A stretch of 32,000 bases of DNA from Candidatus Methylomirabilis limnetica (lineage in GTDB: Bacteria > Methylomirabilota > Methylomirabilia > Methylomirabilales > Methylomirabilaceae). Made by a program: the position numbers and the translations under genes. The notes below the pieces were generated by a model. It saw only the letters and a program-made list of their open reading frames with translations. It was not told the DNA's origin and made no database searches. Positions 7,890 through 16,450 of the stretch are shown piece after piece. The stretch spans positions 330,001 through 362,000 of the forward strand of contig NZ_NVQC01000022.1 in assembly GCF_003044035.1 (NCBI RefSeq). The letters run 5' to 3'. Every line of letters begins with the position of its first letter. Positions within the stretch are counted from its first letter, which is position 1.

Positions 7890-9740
7890 TCATTTTCTAT
7901 CTCTGTTTTTGAGCACGGAGATCTCCTGACGGGTCGACAGGCGGCGGAGGTTGTCTTTCGCCTCCAGAAGGTCCGGCATGAGGCGCAACGCCTCTCGAAA
8001 CGCCGCCTCGGCCTCGGCCGGTTGGTCGCGGTTGGCCAACAGGACGCCGAGATTGTTGTGGGCGTAGGCGGCCGACCGCGGATGGGTCAGCGCCTGCTGA
8101 AACTGCGCCTCGGCCTCAGTTGCCTTGCCCTGCTTCAGGTAGACGGCTCCCAGCCACAGACGCGGAATAGTCTCCCGCGATCGCCCCGCAAGCGCTTTCT
8201 CCAGCTCCTCCTCGGCTCGGACCAGATCGCCCCGATCCATGAGCAGTTTGCCCAGGTTACCACGAGCCACCGTAAGGTCCGGCTGGATCGCCACGGCCGC
8301 CGCAAGCTGCTCCTCCGCTTGATTGAACTGACCTCGGCGTAGGTAGGCCGCCCCCAGGTTGTTCCGCGCCCTGGCCGACTCAGGGGCCGTCTGCACCGTC
8401 TTGCTCCACAGGGTCAGTTCGTCTTTCCAGTCGGCGTTGCGAACCACCGTACGGACAGCAAGGAGGCTGAGCACCAGGATGCAGGCGGTCGCAATAGCCG
8501 CGGATGGCCTGGGCCGGCTTAGTACCGGCTCGAGCAACCCCGCGACCAGCAACGCGAAGCCTACGGAAGGGACATACAGGAAGTGCTCGGCCATCAGGTC
8601 ATGGTGGGGGATAATCTGGGAGACGGGTAGTAAGGCGATCAGAAACCAGAGGCCGCCGAATGCCACCGGCGGCCGTTGGAGCAGCAAGCGGTACCAGGCT
8701 ACCCCCAGCCCTCCCCAGATCGCCACCGCCAACCAGGCGGTCGGGTCGGCCCAGGAGGTGGTTATGGAAAAGGCGTTATACGAGTAGTCGGCATTCAGCG
8801 TCATGGGGAACAGCAGAAGGGCGAGGTAGCGCAGGAAGACGCGCGCCATCGTCAACAGTGTCATCTCGAGACTGCCGCCATGCCACGCCCGCTGCGAGGT
8901 CCCCCGCACAAGGAACAGGACGTAGAAGGCCAGGGCGCCGGTCAGGACGCCGGCCGGAAGGTAAAACCATCGTCCCTCCCGGACCGCAGTAGACGCCGCC
9001 GACCAGATGGCTCGAATTCCTGAGACCTCGCCATCCGGCCCCGACCGCTTGATGCGGCTTACGACATCATAGCCGAGGCACAGCAGCGGCAGGATGATTC
9101 CGCTCTCTTTGGTGAAGAAGGCCAGAGGGCATAGCAGGATCGTCAGGACAAGATCCCGCACCCGACGAGACTGTCGATAACGCAGAAAACTGTAGAAACC
9201 GATCAGGACGAACAGGCCGGACAGGACATCCCGGCGTCCGGACAGATAGGTTACCGACTCGGTCTGAATCGGGTGGACCGCGAACAGCAGTGCGGCAAGG
9301 AGGGCCGGAAGCGGCGAGGCGAACAGGGTCCGGGCGATCAGGTAGACGCAGATTGCCGACAGACCATGCAGTGCCGTGTTGGTGAGGTGGTACCCCCACG
9401 GATCAAGGCCGGAGATGGCGTAATCCATGGCGTAGGAGGCGCTTCTAACGGGACGATAGGCCGACCGACCGCCCAGCAGCGCTTCGAGTTGCTGAAACGG
9501 TCCACTCCCTGGGCGGTGCAGTTCGACAATCGTTTCGAGATCATCGAACAGGAATTCGTTGTCGAAGCTGTTGGAGTAGACCACGCCGACCGCCACAAGC
9601 AGGATCAGCAGGGCGATCGACTGACGGCCGAGCCAGCCTTCAGCCGACGGCGGCTTCAGCCCAGTCCACTTACCCACTATCCCTCCCCGGCGGCGGTCAG
9701 TCGAGCGGAAGGCGACTCGGCGACCAGCTCTTCCCACCAT
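7890..9740 (-). CDS. TMTC/PMT-like GT-C membrane glycosyltransferase with C-terminal TPR repeats
   Basis: 616 aa. The first-loop motif is NSFDNEFLFDD, an acidic DD as in the PMT/TMTC/ArnT class. About 10 hydrophobic helices are followed by a TPR array (NNLGAAYLRRGQFNQAEEQL.., GNLGKLLMDRGDL.., NNLGVLLANRDQ..). It is a paralog of 11615-13633. ATG 9740 overlaps the upstream gene by 44 nt. Confidence 0.75.
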   Translation of the reverse strand: MVGRAGRRVAFRSTDRRRGGIVGKWTGLKPPSAEGWLGRQSIALLILLVAVGVVYSNSFDNEFLFDDLETIVELHRPGSGPFQQLEALLGGRSAYRPVRSASYAMDYAISGLDPWGYHLTNTALHGLSAICVYLIARTLFASPLPALLAALLFAVHPIQTESVTYLSGRRDVLSGLFVLIGFYSFLRYRQSRRVRDLVLTILLCPLAFFTKESGIILPLLCLGYDVVSRIKRSGPDGEVSGIRAIWSAASTAVREGRWFYLPAGVLTGALAFYVLFLVRGTSQRAWHGGSLEMTLLTMARVFLRYLALLLFPMTLNADYSYNAFSITTSWADPTAWLAVAIWGGLGVAWYRLLLQRPPVAFGGLWFLIALLPVSQIIPHHDLMAEHFLYVPSVGFALLVAGLLEPVLSRPRPSAAIATACILVLSLLAVRTVVRNADWKDELTLWSKTVQTAPESARARNNLGAAYLRRGQFNQAEEQLAAAVAIQPDLTVARGNLGKLLMDRGDLVRAEEELEKALAGRSRETIPRLWLGAVYLKQGKATEAEAQFQQALTHPRSAAYAHNNLGVLLANRDQPAEAEAAFREALRLMPDLLEAKDNLRRLSTRQEISVLKNRDRK

Positions 9741-11235
9741 CGGTAGATCGGCTCAGCGCAATCGGCTGATGCACCCGCACGCCATGATCCCAGGCCGCAA
9801 GGACAAGGTCGTTCTTGCCCGCACCAACTAACAGGTCCCTGCTTGTCGTCTGCCCGACCGTCGGCCCGCTCATGATGGCGGCCTGATCAGCCCAACGCTG
9901 CCCGTGATCCTCGGATCGATTCATCAGGACGAACCAACCGTACTTGGGACCAAAGGCATGCTCCTGCCAGACAAGCCAGAGGCGGCCGCCACCGTCATGC
10001 GCCAGCACAGCACCTTCAGGTCGGCCCTTCACCAGGCTCGTCCGTCCAAGCTCAGTAGGCGCTGCCCATGTGGCCCCGGAATCGGTGGAATGGAACACTA
10101 CCAGACGCCGAGTGGAAGTCCCCTCCGCCTCTATGAAGGCGATATATACATGCCCGCGCCCGTCGCAGACAATCTGAGCGGCAGCATTCTTGCGCCGTTG
10201 CAGCGACATGGGACTGGGCTGACTCAGGCGGATCGGCTGGCTCAACCAGGTCCGGCCGCCATCGAGAGAGCGGCTGAAGTAGATCATCCGGTCTACGAAC
10301 CATTCAGGTCGGCGTCGGCCCTGCAATCTGACAATTCGTTGCTCCGCCTGCTCCCAGATCAGATAGACCTGCCCGTCGGGCGCCGCGGCGATTCGCGGCG
10401 CATGGGAACCCCGAGAATCCACGCCAGGCCGGCTGACGAGGATCGGCTCGGACCAGGCCCGGCCATGGTCCTCCGACCGGCTCAGATAAATGCCGGCCTG
10501 TCGCCTCGGGCCCTTCGTGCCCTCTTCCCATACCGCATATAAATGGCCTTTGTCACCGGCGGCTAAGCTCGGATTGGTTATTCCTCTGTCTGACATCGAT
10601 AGGGCCGGCTGGATCCGCGCCGGATTCGGCGCGAATGTCCCGCCGGAATCCATGGAGGTGGCCACATCCAAAACCCGGCGAGACTCGTCCCCACCCAGCC
10701 AGGCCACGTACAGGGCGCCATCCGGACCGGCCTGCAGGTAAGGAGGGCCAAGATGGTCCCCAGCGGCCAGTTCACGAGGCGCCCCATCCCAGTGTCTCCC
10801 GCCATCCAGAGACCTGGCCACCAGGATGCGCGTGTCGGTCTTACCGGCGTTCCGTTCCCGCCAAGCCAGATACACCTGTCCCGTGGGGCCCGTGGCCAGC
10901 TTGATCCCCTCGGCGAACATGCCCTGTGCCGGTTTCCGGGACCACAACGGACCCGACCAGGTAGCGCCGCCATCCTCGGAACGCGAGAATCTGGTCTCCC
11001 AGTCCTTGCCCTCCTCGCCCGTCATCCAGACCAGGTATGCCTCGCCATGCACCCCCATGGCCATCTGGAGCGCCACCTGCTGAAATTTCGTAGGCGACTC
11101 CTCCGACGCCGTGAATTTCACGCCGGTGGGGGACGCCAACTCAGGGCCCGACGACAGCATGGCACACCCGGTGGTAACAGCCAGCACGAGCAGGAGCGCC
11201 GGTAGGCGAAATCGGCTTCGAGCAGTCACAGTCAT
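9697..11235 (-). CDS. BNR/Asp-box repeat beta-propeller lipoprotein
   Basis: There are eight S-x-D-x-G-x-x-W Asp-boxes: SEDGGATW, SLDGGRHW, SMDSGGTF, SEDHGRAW, SLDGGRTW, STDSGATW, SEDHGQRW and STDGGKSW. The N-terminus LLLVLAVTTGC is lipoprotein-like. A ggaggg Shine-Dalgarno precedes ATG 11235. Confidence 0.85.
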   Translation of the reverse strand: MTVTARSRFRLPALLLVLAVTTGCAMLSSGPELASPTGVKFTASEESPTKFQQVALQMAMGVHGEAYLVWMTGEEGKDWETRFSRSEDGGATWSGPLWSRKPAQGMFAEGIKLATGPTGQVYLAWRERNAGKTDTRILVARSLDGGRHWDGAPRELAAGDHLGPPYLQAGPDGALYVAWLGGDESRRVLDVATSMDSGGTFAPNPARIQPALSMSDRGITNPSLAAGDKGHLYAVWEEGTKGPRRQAGIYLSRSEDHGRAWSEPILVSRPGVDSRGSHAPRIAAAPDGQVYLIWEQAEQRIVRLQGRRRPEWFVDRMIYFSRSLDGGRTWLSQPIRLSQPSPMSLQRRKNAAAQIVCDGRGHVYIAFIEAEGTSTRRLVVFHSTDSGATWAAPTELGRTSLVKGRPEGAVLAHDGGGRLWLVWQEHAFGPKYGWFVLMNRSEDHGQRWADQAAIMSGPTVGQTTSRDLLVGAGKNDLVLAAWDHGVRVHQPIALSRSTDGGKSWSPSRLPLD

Positions 11236-11387
11236 TTACAGTCCCTCCATTGATGATCTGACAGGCTACTGCCGCCTGATTATTGATCGAGTGCGTACAC
11301 GAAAAAGCTCTACACGATCTCACGAAACGACGCCCGCTGTCAATACCAATGGTCGGCCCAGGCATAGACTCTTGACAGCGCAACCCG

Positions 11388-11562
11388 TTCATTTTCGTTG
11401 AGGGTCGATACCCCGCGGCTTGCCGCGAGTTCGTCATACCGGCGGAAGCCGGTATCCAAGGGCCCGACTGGATTCCCCCGTATCCAGTACGGGGCAGGCG
11501 TGTCAAGCACGGAATGACGGGCCAGAACAGAAGACGATACCCTGCGGCTTGCCGCGGGGAGG
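11388..11562. repeat. Family-C multi-hairpin element (~175 bp), copy 1
   Basis: Hairpins are ccgcggc-tt-gccgcgg (twice), ataccggc-gga-agccggtat, ccccgta-tccag-tacgggg and cgtg-tcaag-cacg. The reverse complement is roughly 95 percent identical by eye to 29127-29303. Confidence 0.85.
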
Positions 11563-11614
11563 CTTCATTGGCCGGTCATGACATCTTCGTAGGGACGGGG
11601 TTGATCCCCGCCCA

Positions 11615-13633
11615 TTAATCGGGAGGGGAAATCGGGGGAGAGTGGAGAATCGAATCAAGCAACTCGCGCGCCTCCGCCAGGTCGCCCTTCAGACTCAGCG
11701 CCTTCCTCAGGGAGGCCACGGCCCGACCCTGCTGCCCCTGCGCATGATAGACTTCCCCAAGCAGGTTATGAAGCTTCGGATCTGCGCCATTGTACCGGAC
11801 GGCCTCCTCTAACTCCAGTATCCCCGCTTGCATCTGCCCTTTCTCGAGATAGGCCAATCCCAGGTTTTGCCTGGCATCGGCGTAGCTGGGATCAAGGGCG
11901 ACCGCCTCTTTGAATGCCTGCTCAGCCTCAGCCGGCCGTTCCTGATTGGCGCGCACCATTCCCAGGTTGTTCAGCGCCCGCGCCCGCTGTGACGGCGACA
12001 GTTGCAGCGACGCCAGGGCTGCGAGGAGGTGCGCCTCGGCCTGTTTCACCTGCCCGCGCCTGAGGGAGACGACACCCAGGTTGATCCTGACATCAAGCGG
12101 CAGGGTCTTCAGGCGAAGCGCCGTGGTGAGGGCCTGCTCCGCTCCGTCCCAATTCCCCTGCTCAAGCAGCATCACACCCAGGTTATTCCAGGTCGCCGCA
12201 TCGTCCGGCATAATCCGGAGAGCCTCCCGAAACTCCCGGGCGGCCTCTTGGCGACGTCCTCGGATCATATACAGCCGGCCCAGGTTTCGGCGCGCCCTCG
12301 CCGATGCCGGGGCGGTCTGGACCGTCTTGGTCCAGAGTGTCAGGTCATCCTTCCAATCGCGGGTCCGAATGACCGTCCTGAATCCGAGCAGAAGCACCAC
12401 AAGCGCGAAGACGGCCAAGACAACCCGGCGCTGTCGGACACGCTCAAGCAGCCCTTCCACCAGCATGGCGGCTGCAAGACACAAGCCGATCGACGGCAAG
12501 TACAGATAGTGCTCGGCTACGATCTCATGATGGGGGATGATCTGGGCGACGGGCAGCAGTGTCATAAAGACCCAGAGGCCCCCGAATGCCGCCCACCGGT
12601 GGGAAGCCAGGAGCTGCCAGATCGCCCACCAGCTCCCGCCCACCACTGCGATTGCCATCAGGACCCGGCCATCCAAGAGGGTACCCGGCACCGGAAAGGC
12701 GTTGAAGGAGTAATCCGCGTTCAGGGTAACGGGCCAGAGCAGCAGTGTCAGGTAGTGACCCATGATCGTGACGCTGGTGAGCACTGTCGGCCAGAGTCCG
12801 CCGCCCCACAGGTCAAACCGTTGTGTGACGCGGAAGAGCACCACGAAGTAGTAGGCCACCGCGGAAAAGATCGCCCCGATCACCAGATAGAGGCACCTGT
12901 GCTCCCGCCAGAGCCGCCGTCCCGCCTCCCTGAGGGCCATCCAGGAACTCCATCCTCCCTCTCCGCCCTCGGGCATGGAGCGGACCAGATCATACCCGAG
13001 ACAGAGCAACGGGAGGGTGATCGCCATCTCCTTCGAGAGGAGGCCGAGACAGTACGAGATCCCGGTCAGGCACAGGAACCGCACCTTGCCGGTCGCCCGG
13101 TATCGGACGAATCCATAGAACCCCATCAGATAGAACAGGGTGAACAGGACATCCCGCCGGCCGGATATGTAGGCGACGGCCTCGGTCTGGACTGGGTGGA
13201 CGATAAAGAGCAGCGTCGCCAGGAAGGCGGGCCGGGTGATCCCCAGGATGGTCCGCAGCACGGTGAAAACCAGGACCCCGTTCAGGGCATGGTAGAGGAT
13301 GTTGAACGCCCGGAAACCCGACGGGTTGAGCCCGAACAGGGCATAGTCGATCGCGTACGAGGCGGTGCGAAGCGGGCGATACGAAAGCCATCCGCCGGAC
13401 CTGAATAACTGCGTGAGCCCCTCGATCGAGCGAAACCGGAGATCGGTCGCGACCAGTGGATGGTCGTCGAAGACAAAGCCGTTGAAAAGTGAACCGGCGT
13501 ACAGGAGTCCGGCCACCCCCACGATTACCAGACAAACCGCCACCGGGCGGGACCAGAATGAAAGCGGGCGATCAGGCACAGGCGCTAAAAAAAGACCCCC
13601 CTGGCCGGACGACCAGGGGGGTGGAGTGTACAT
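11615..13633 (-). CDS. TMTC/PMT-like GT-C membrane glycosyltransferase with C-terminal TPR repeats
   Basis: 672 aa. The first-loop motif is GSLFNGFVFDD, followed by a polytopic membrane domain and a long TPR array (RNLGRLYMIRGRRQEA.., NNLGVMLLEQGNWDGA.., NNLGMVRANQERPAEA.., QNLGLAYLEKGQMQ..). The ATG lies 6 nt after the stop of the collagen-like gene. Confidence 0.75.
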   Translation of the reverse strand: MYTPPPWSSGQGGLFLAPVPDRPLSFWSRPVAVCLVIVGVAGLLYAGSLFNGFVFDDHPLVATDLRFRSIEGLTQLFRSGGWLSYRPLRTASYAIDYALFGLNPSGFRAFNILYHALNGVLVFTVLRTILGITRPAFLATLLFIVHPVQTEAVAYISGRRDVLFTLFYLMGFYGFVRYRATGKVRFLCLTGISYCLGLLSKEMAITLPLLCLGYDLVRSMPEGGEGGWSSWMALREAGRRLWREHRCLYLVIGAIFSAVAYYFVVLFRVTQRFDLWGGGLWPTVLTSVTIMGHYLTLLLWPVTLNADYSFNAFPVPGTLLDGRVLMAIAVVGGSWWAIWQLLASHRWAAFGGLWVFMTLLPVAQIIPHHEIVAEHYLYLPSIGLCLAAAMLVEGLLERVRQRRVVLAVFALVVLLLGFRTVIRTRDWKDDLTLWTKTVQTAPASARARRNLGRLYMIRGRRQEAAREFREALRIMPDDAATWNNLGVMLLEQGNWDGAEQALTTALRLKTLPLDVRINLGVVSLRRGQVKQAEAHLLAALASLQLSPSQRARALNNLGMVRANQERPAEAEQAFKEAVALDPSYADARQNLGLAYLEKGQMQAGILELEEAVRYNGADPKLHNLLGEVYHAQGQQGRAVASLRKALSLKGDLAEARELLDSILHSPPISPPD

Positions 13634-13639
13634 AGACGG

Positions 13640-14716
13640 CTAGGGCACCGTAGTCAGCAGGGACCAGGATCCTGGCGACACGGCCGGCGTTGTGCCAAGG
13701 GCCGTGTGTTCCACCGCTATCAAATCGGCTGCGGCAAACGTCACGTTGCTTGAGACGAGGCAGTTATCGACAGTATCAGAAATCGTACAGGTCAGCGTGG
13801 TAGCAGCCCCACCATTCCGGACAGTGAACTTACGACTCTGACTAGCACCAGGGCCAACTTTTAGCTTCACCCGCATGACGCTGACGGTGCTCGCAGGTAC
13901 AGGGACCGAGACGTCAGTCGATGCCACAGTACTATTGCCATTACCTGGACCCATCCAGCGAAGAGCGGTACCAAGGTCGGCTCCACCTGACCCGCCGGTC
14001 AGGAGACTCCTGACATTCGGTCCTGCTGGGCCAGTTGCACCTGTGGCGCCCGTGGCACCAGTTGCACCCGTGGCGCCTGTGGCGCCTGTTGAGCCTGTGG
14101 CACCTGTGCCACCTGCGGCACCTGTGGCGCCCGTGGCACCAGTTGCACCCGTGGCGCCTGTTGAGCCTGTTGAGCCTGTTGAGCCTGTGGCACCTGTTGA
14201 GCCTGTCGGTCCGGCTGGTCCTGTTGGTCCTGTTGCGCCAGTTGGTCCTGTCGGTCCGGCTGGTCCGGCTGGTCCGGCGGCGTCAAGGTTCTCACTCGCC
14301 GCTACCCCTGCCATGACAAGACTGCCGCTGAAGGCCCCCACAAAGGGGAAGAGACGCGCCGGGCTGCCCTGTAGCGCCACCTGCCCCTGGATGTTGATCC
14401 CCTCTACGGTGCTGGTCGTCAGGTGCCCGGTGCTGTCTACTGAGTAGCTACCGGTGATGTTAAAAGGCGTCGTCGCCCCCCCAACCTCTTTCATGGACCC
14501 TACTATCGCCACCGTACCCGGATTGGCGCAGGGACTTCCGGGAGTAAAAGTCAACGTCCCGAGAGCCTGGGTAGGGATTCCGGGCTCCACCATGGTGCTG
14601 AAGGAATAGATCCCCGAGAGACTGCAGGAATCGGCTGTCCAGCCGGGTGTAGGCAGGATCAGCACGGCCGCGGTGAGCAGGCCGGCTAGGACCGTACTCT
14701 TGGTTCGTGTACGCAT
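13640..14716 (-). CDS. Secreted collagen-like triple-helix repeat protein (G-X-Thr rich)
   Basis: The start is set to ATG 14716 ([22 protein letters not shown]..), which has an aagggg Shine-Dalgarno. The protein has a signal peptide, an N-terminal domain of about 140 aa, 29 uninterrupted G-X-Y triplets (GPA/GPT/GAT/GST) and a C-terminal domain of about 115 aa. Confidence 0.9.
   Translation of the reverse strand: MRTRTKSTVLAGLLTAAVLILPTPGWTADSCSLSGIYSFSTMVEPGIPTQALGTLTFTPGSPCANPGTVAIVGSMKEVGGATTPFNITGSYSVDSTGHLTTSTVEGINIQGQVALQGSPARLFPFVGAFSGSLVMAGVAASENLDAAGPAGPAGPTGPTGATGPTGPAGPTGSTGATGSTGSTGSTGATGATGATGATGAAGGTGATGSTGATGATGATGATGATGATGPAGPNVRSLLTGGSGGADLGTALRWMGPGNGNSTVASTDVSVPVPASTVSVMRVKLKVGPGASQSRKFTVRNGGAATTLTCTISDTVDNCLVSSNVTFAAADLIAVEHTALGTTPAVSPGSWSLLTTVP
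14018..14275 (-). repeat. Coding tandem repeat (G-X-Y triplets, 9-nt periodicity)
   Basis: 258 nt of ggn-nnn-acn type codons. A 44-nt block is exactly duplicated 81 nt apart, at 14037-14080 and 14118-14161. Confidence 0.9.
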
Positions 14717-14896
14717 AAAGCGCCCCCTTTTCTGTCTACGGTTTACTGGCTCCCTCTTCGCGAAGGAGACACCAACAGAGGATCGTGAAACTACGCTTTG
14801 AATTATCAACCAACAACCCTGATAAAAAGAGTACTCAGGTCACCACACTGCCTGAATGTAACAGACTACGAGCAGGAAAAGAAGATCAGGAGAGTC

Positions 14897-14924
14897 AGTA
14901 TCACAGTCCATCACTTGGTGTCAA
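14897..14924 (-). promoter_or_regulatory. Possible sigma70-like promoter of the collagen-like/GT-C operon
   Basis: The minus strand reads TTGACA (14924-14919), a 16-nt spacer, then GATACT (14902-14897). The leader would be about 175 nt. Confidence 0.3.
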
Positions 14925-14935
14925 GTAAAATACGG

Positions 14936-15137
14936 GCCGGCACGTAACCATTCAGTGAGAGGGGGGAAATCATTAAATAAAATGTGGTATGTTTTTATAA
15001 AATCCCCCTTAATCCCCCTTTTTCAAAGGGGGAAACGGGTAGTCCCCCTCTTTGGAAAAGAGGGGTTAGAGCCTGCCCCGGCATGTATTAAGCCGGGGGG
15101 AGATTTTTCCACCCGTAACTGAATGGTTACGCCGGCA
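14936..15137. repeat. Family-B composite element (copy 2, 14998-15108) nested inside a ~20-bp inverted repeat
   Basis: The core is nearly identical to 7546-7656. The outer arms gccggcacgtaaccattcag (14936-14956) and ctgaatggttacgccggcac (15118-15137) are complementary over at least 13 nt. Confidence 0.8.
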
Positions 15138-15169
15138 CTGTCTTCATTTCGTTCGCGAACCGCTGCCTG

Positions 15170-15312
15170 GTCATTGCGAGCGACCAACGGGAGCGTGGCA
15201 ATCCAACCGTTCTGCCTTCCTGGTCTTGAAGAACGGTGAGATTGCTTCGCCTACGGCTCGCAACGACACCGTGTGTCGGATTGCCACGCACCCTACGGGT
15301 GCTCGCAATGAC
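15170..15312. repeat. Family-A repeat cluster
   Basis: Contains gtcattgcgagcgaccaacgggagcgtggcaatc, gagattgcttcgcctacggctcgcaacgac and ggattgccacgcaccctacgggtgctcgcaatgac. It explains the spurious N-terminal extension of ORF 15226-16368. Confidence 0.8.
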
Positions 15313-15405
15313 GGGAAGAATCGAGCGATTTCGAAGTCTATTGCTGTTCTTGGGCTGGAAATGGCGCTTGAGGGGTCAGGGGCGACCTGTTATACTGCCA
15401 CCGCA

Positions 15406-16368
15406 ATGAACTATCCGCCGCATCTGTCCGTCATCATCCCCCTCTTGAACGAGGCCGACGGTCTGCCGGAACTCTACCGGGAGCTCCAGGAGGCCCTCCG
15501 CCCATGGGCCAATCGCCATGAGCTGATCTTTGTGGATGACGGCAGCACGGACGGCTCATTTGCCGCGCTCGAAAAGCTCCACGCAGAAGACCCACGGGTG
15601 GTCGTCCTTCGCTTTCGCCGGAATCAGGGAAAGGCGAGCGCGTTGATGGCGGGGTTTCGCCGGGCGAGAGGAGAAATCCTGGTTACGCTCGACGCCGACC
15701 TGCAGGATGATCCGCGGGAAATCCCGCGATTTCTCGACAAGCTGGACGAGGGGTTCGATCTGGTGTCGGGATGGAAAGTCAAACGCCAGGACCCCATCAT
15801 CAGGCGGGTGCTCTCGCGGGTCTTCAACAGCGTCACGTCGCTGTTCACGGGACTCACGCTCCACGATTTTAATTGCGGCTTCAAATGCTATCGGAGGGGT
15901 GTGATCCAGGAGATCAGGCTCCACGGGGAGCTGCACCGGTTCATTCCGGCGTTGGCGAGTTGGCGGGGTTTCAGGATAGCGGAGATCGAGGTCGCACACC
16001 GGCCGCGGAAATACGGCCAGTCAAAATACGGCTCCGAACGGATCCCTCGCGGCTTCTTCGACCTGCTGACCGTCTTGATTCTGACCCGCTACCATCTGAG
16101 GCCACTTCACCTTTTCGGGGCCTTAGGAGCCCTGCTCAGTCTGGCAGGTTCCATCGGTCTAGCGTATCTGGTTTTCGGCTGGTTCTTCGGACAATGGATC
16201 GGTGACCGCCCCCTCCTCAGCCTCAGCATTCTGACGATGATCATCGGCCTACAGTTCATCTTTTTCGGACTCCTGGCCGAGATCATCGTCTACTCCAGCA
16301 GGCAAACCGACATCCCCCCGCTTGCCGCTGTCCTCGACCAGGACGACTCTCGCAAGGACATCGATTAA
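15406..16368 (+). CDS. GT2 polyprenyl-phosphate glycosyltransferase (DPM1/GtrB/ArnC-like)
   Basis: The start is set to ATG 15406 (MNYPPHLSVIIPLLNE). Motifs present are VDDGSTDGS and DADLQDDP (DXD). Two C-terminal TM helices (LHLFGALGALLSLAGSIGLAYLVFGWF; LLSLSILTMIIGLQFIFFGLLAEIIVY) match the GtrB/ArnC architecture. ATG 15361 is an alternative start. Confidence 0.85.
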   Translation: MNYPPHLSVIIPLLNEADGLPELYRELQEALRPWANRHELIFVDDGSTDGSFAALEKLHAEDPRVVVLRFRRNQGKASALMAGFRRARGEILVTLDADLQDDPREIPRFLDKLDEGFDLVSGWKVKRQDPIIRRVLSRVFNSVTSLFTGLTLHDFNCGFKCYRRGVIQEIRLHGELHRFIPALASWRGFRIAEIEVAHRPRKYGQSKYGSERIPRGFFDLLTVLILTRYHLRPLHLFGALGALLSLAGSIGLAYLVFGWFFGQWIGDRPLLSLSILTMIIGLQFIFFGLLAEIIVYSSRQTDIPPLAAVLDQDDSRKDID

Positions 16369-16383
16369 GAAAATCTCCCCCTA

Positions 16384-16443
16384 CCCCTCTTTTCCAAAGA
16401 GGGGTACATCCTCCCTTTGGCAAAGGGAGGTCAGGAGGGATTC
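16384..16443. repeat. Family-B double hairpin between convergent genes (likely bidirectional terminator)
   Basis: Reads cccctcttttccaaagagggg, then cctccctttggcaaagggagg, TCA and ggagggatt. It is the intact counterpart of the repeat split by the ISAzo13 element at 24326-24388 / 25685-25700. Confidence 0.6.
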
Positions 16444-16450
16444 GTCGATT

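Noticed and set aside
9697-11235. Calling the BNR protein a sialidase/neuraminidase
   Set aside because: Only the structural Asp-box repeats are visible. I could not find the N-terminal (F/Y)RIP motif or other catalytic signatures, so only a BNR beta-propeller call is justified.
11946-13408. Long + strand ORFs (187 aa and 468 aa) opposite the 11615-13633 gene
   Set aside because: They are antisense shadow ORFs, extremely rich in Arg/Pro/Gly/Glu, with no start context. The minus-strand frame gives a coherent TM + TPR protein that is paralogous to 7890-9740.
13875-14447. ORFs reading PVAPVAPV.. and other alternative frames across the collagen repeat (13875-14447 +, 13999-14295 -, 14035-14316 +)
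   Set aside because: They are artefacts of the 9-nt periodic repeat. Only the G-X-Y frame is continuous with a signal peptide, a Shine-Dalgarno and flanking non-repetitive domains.
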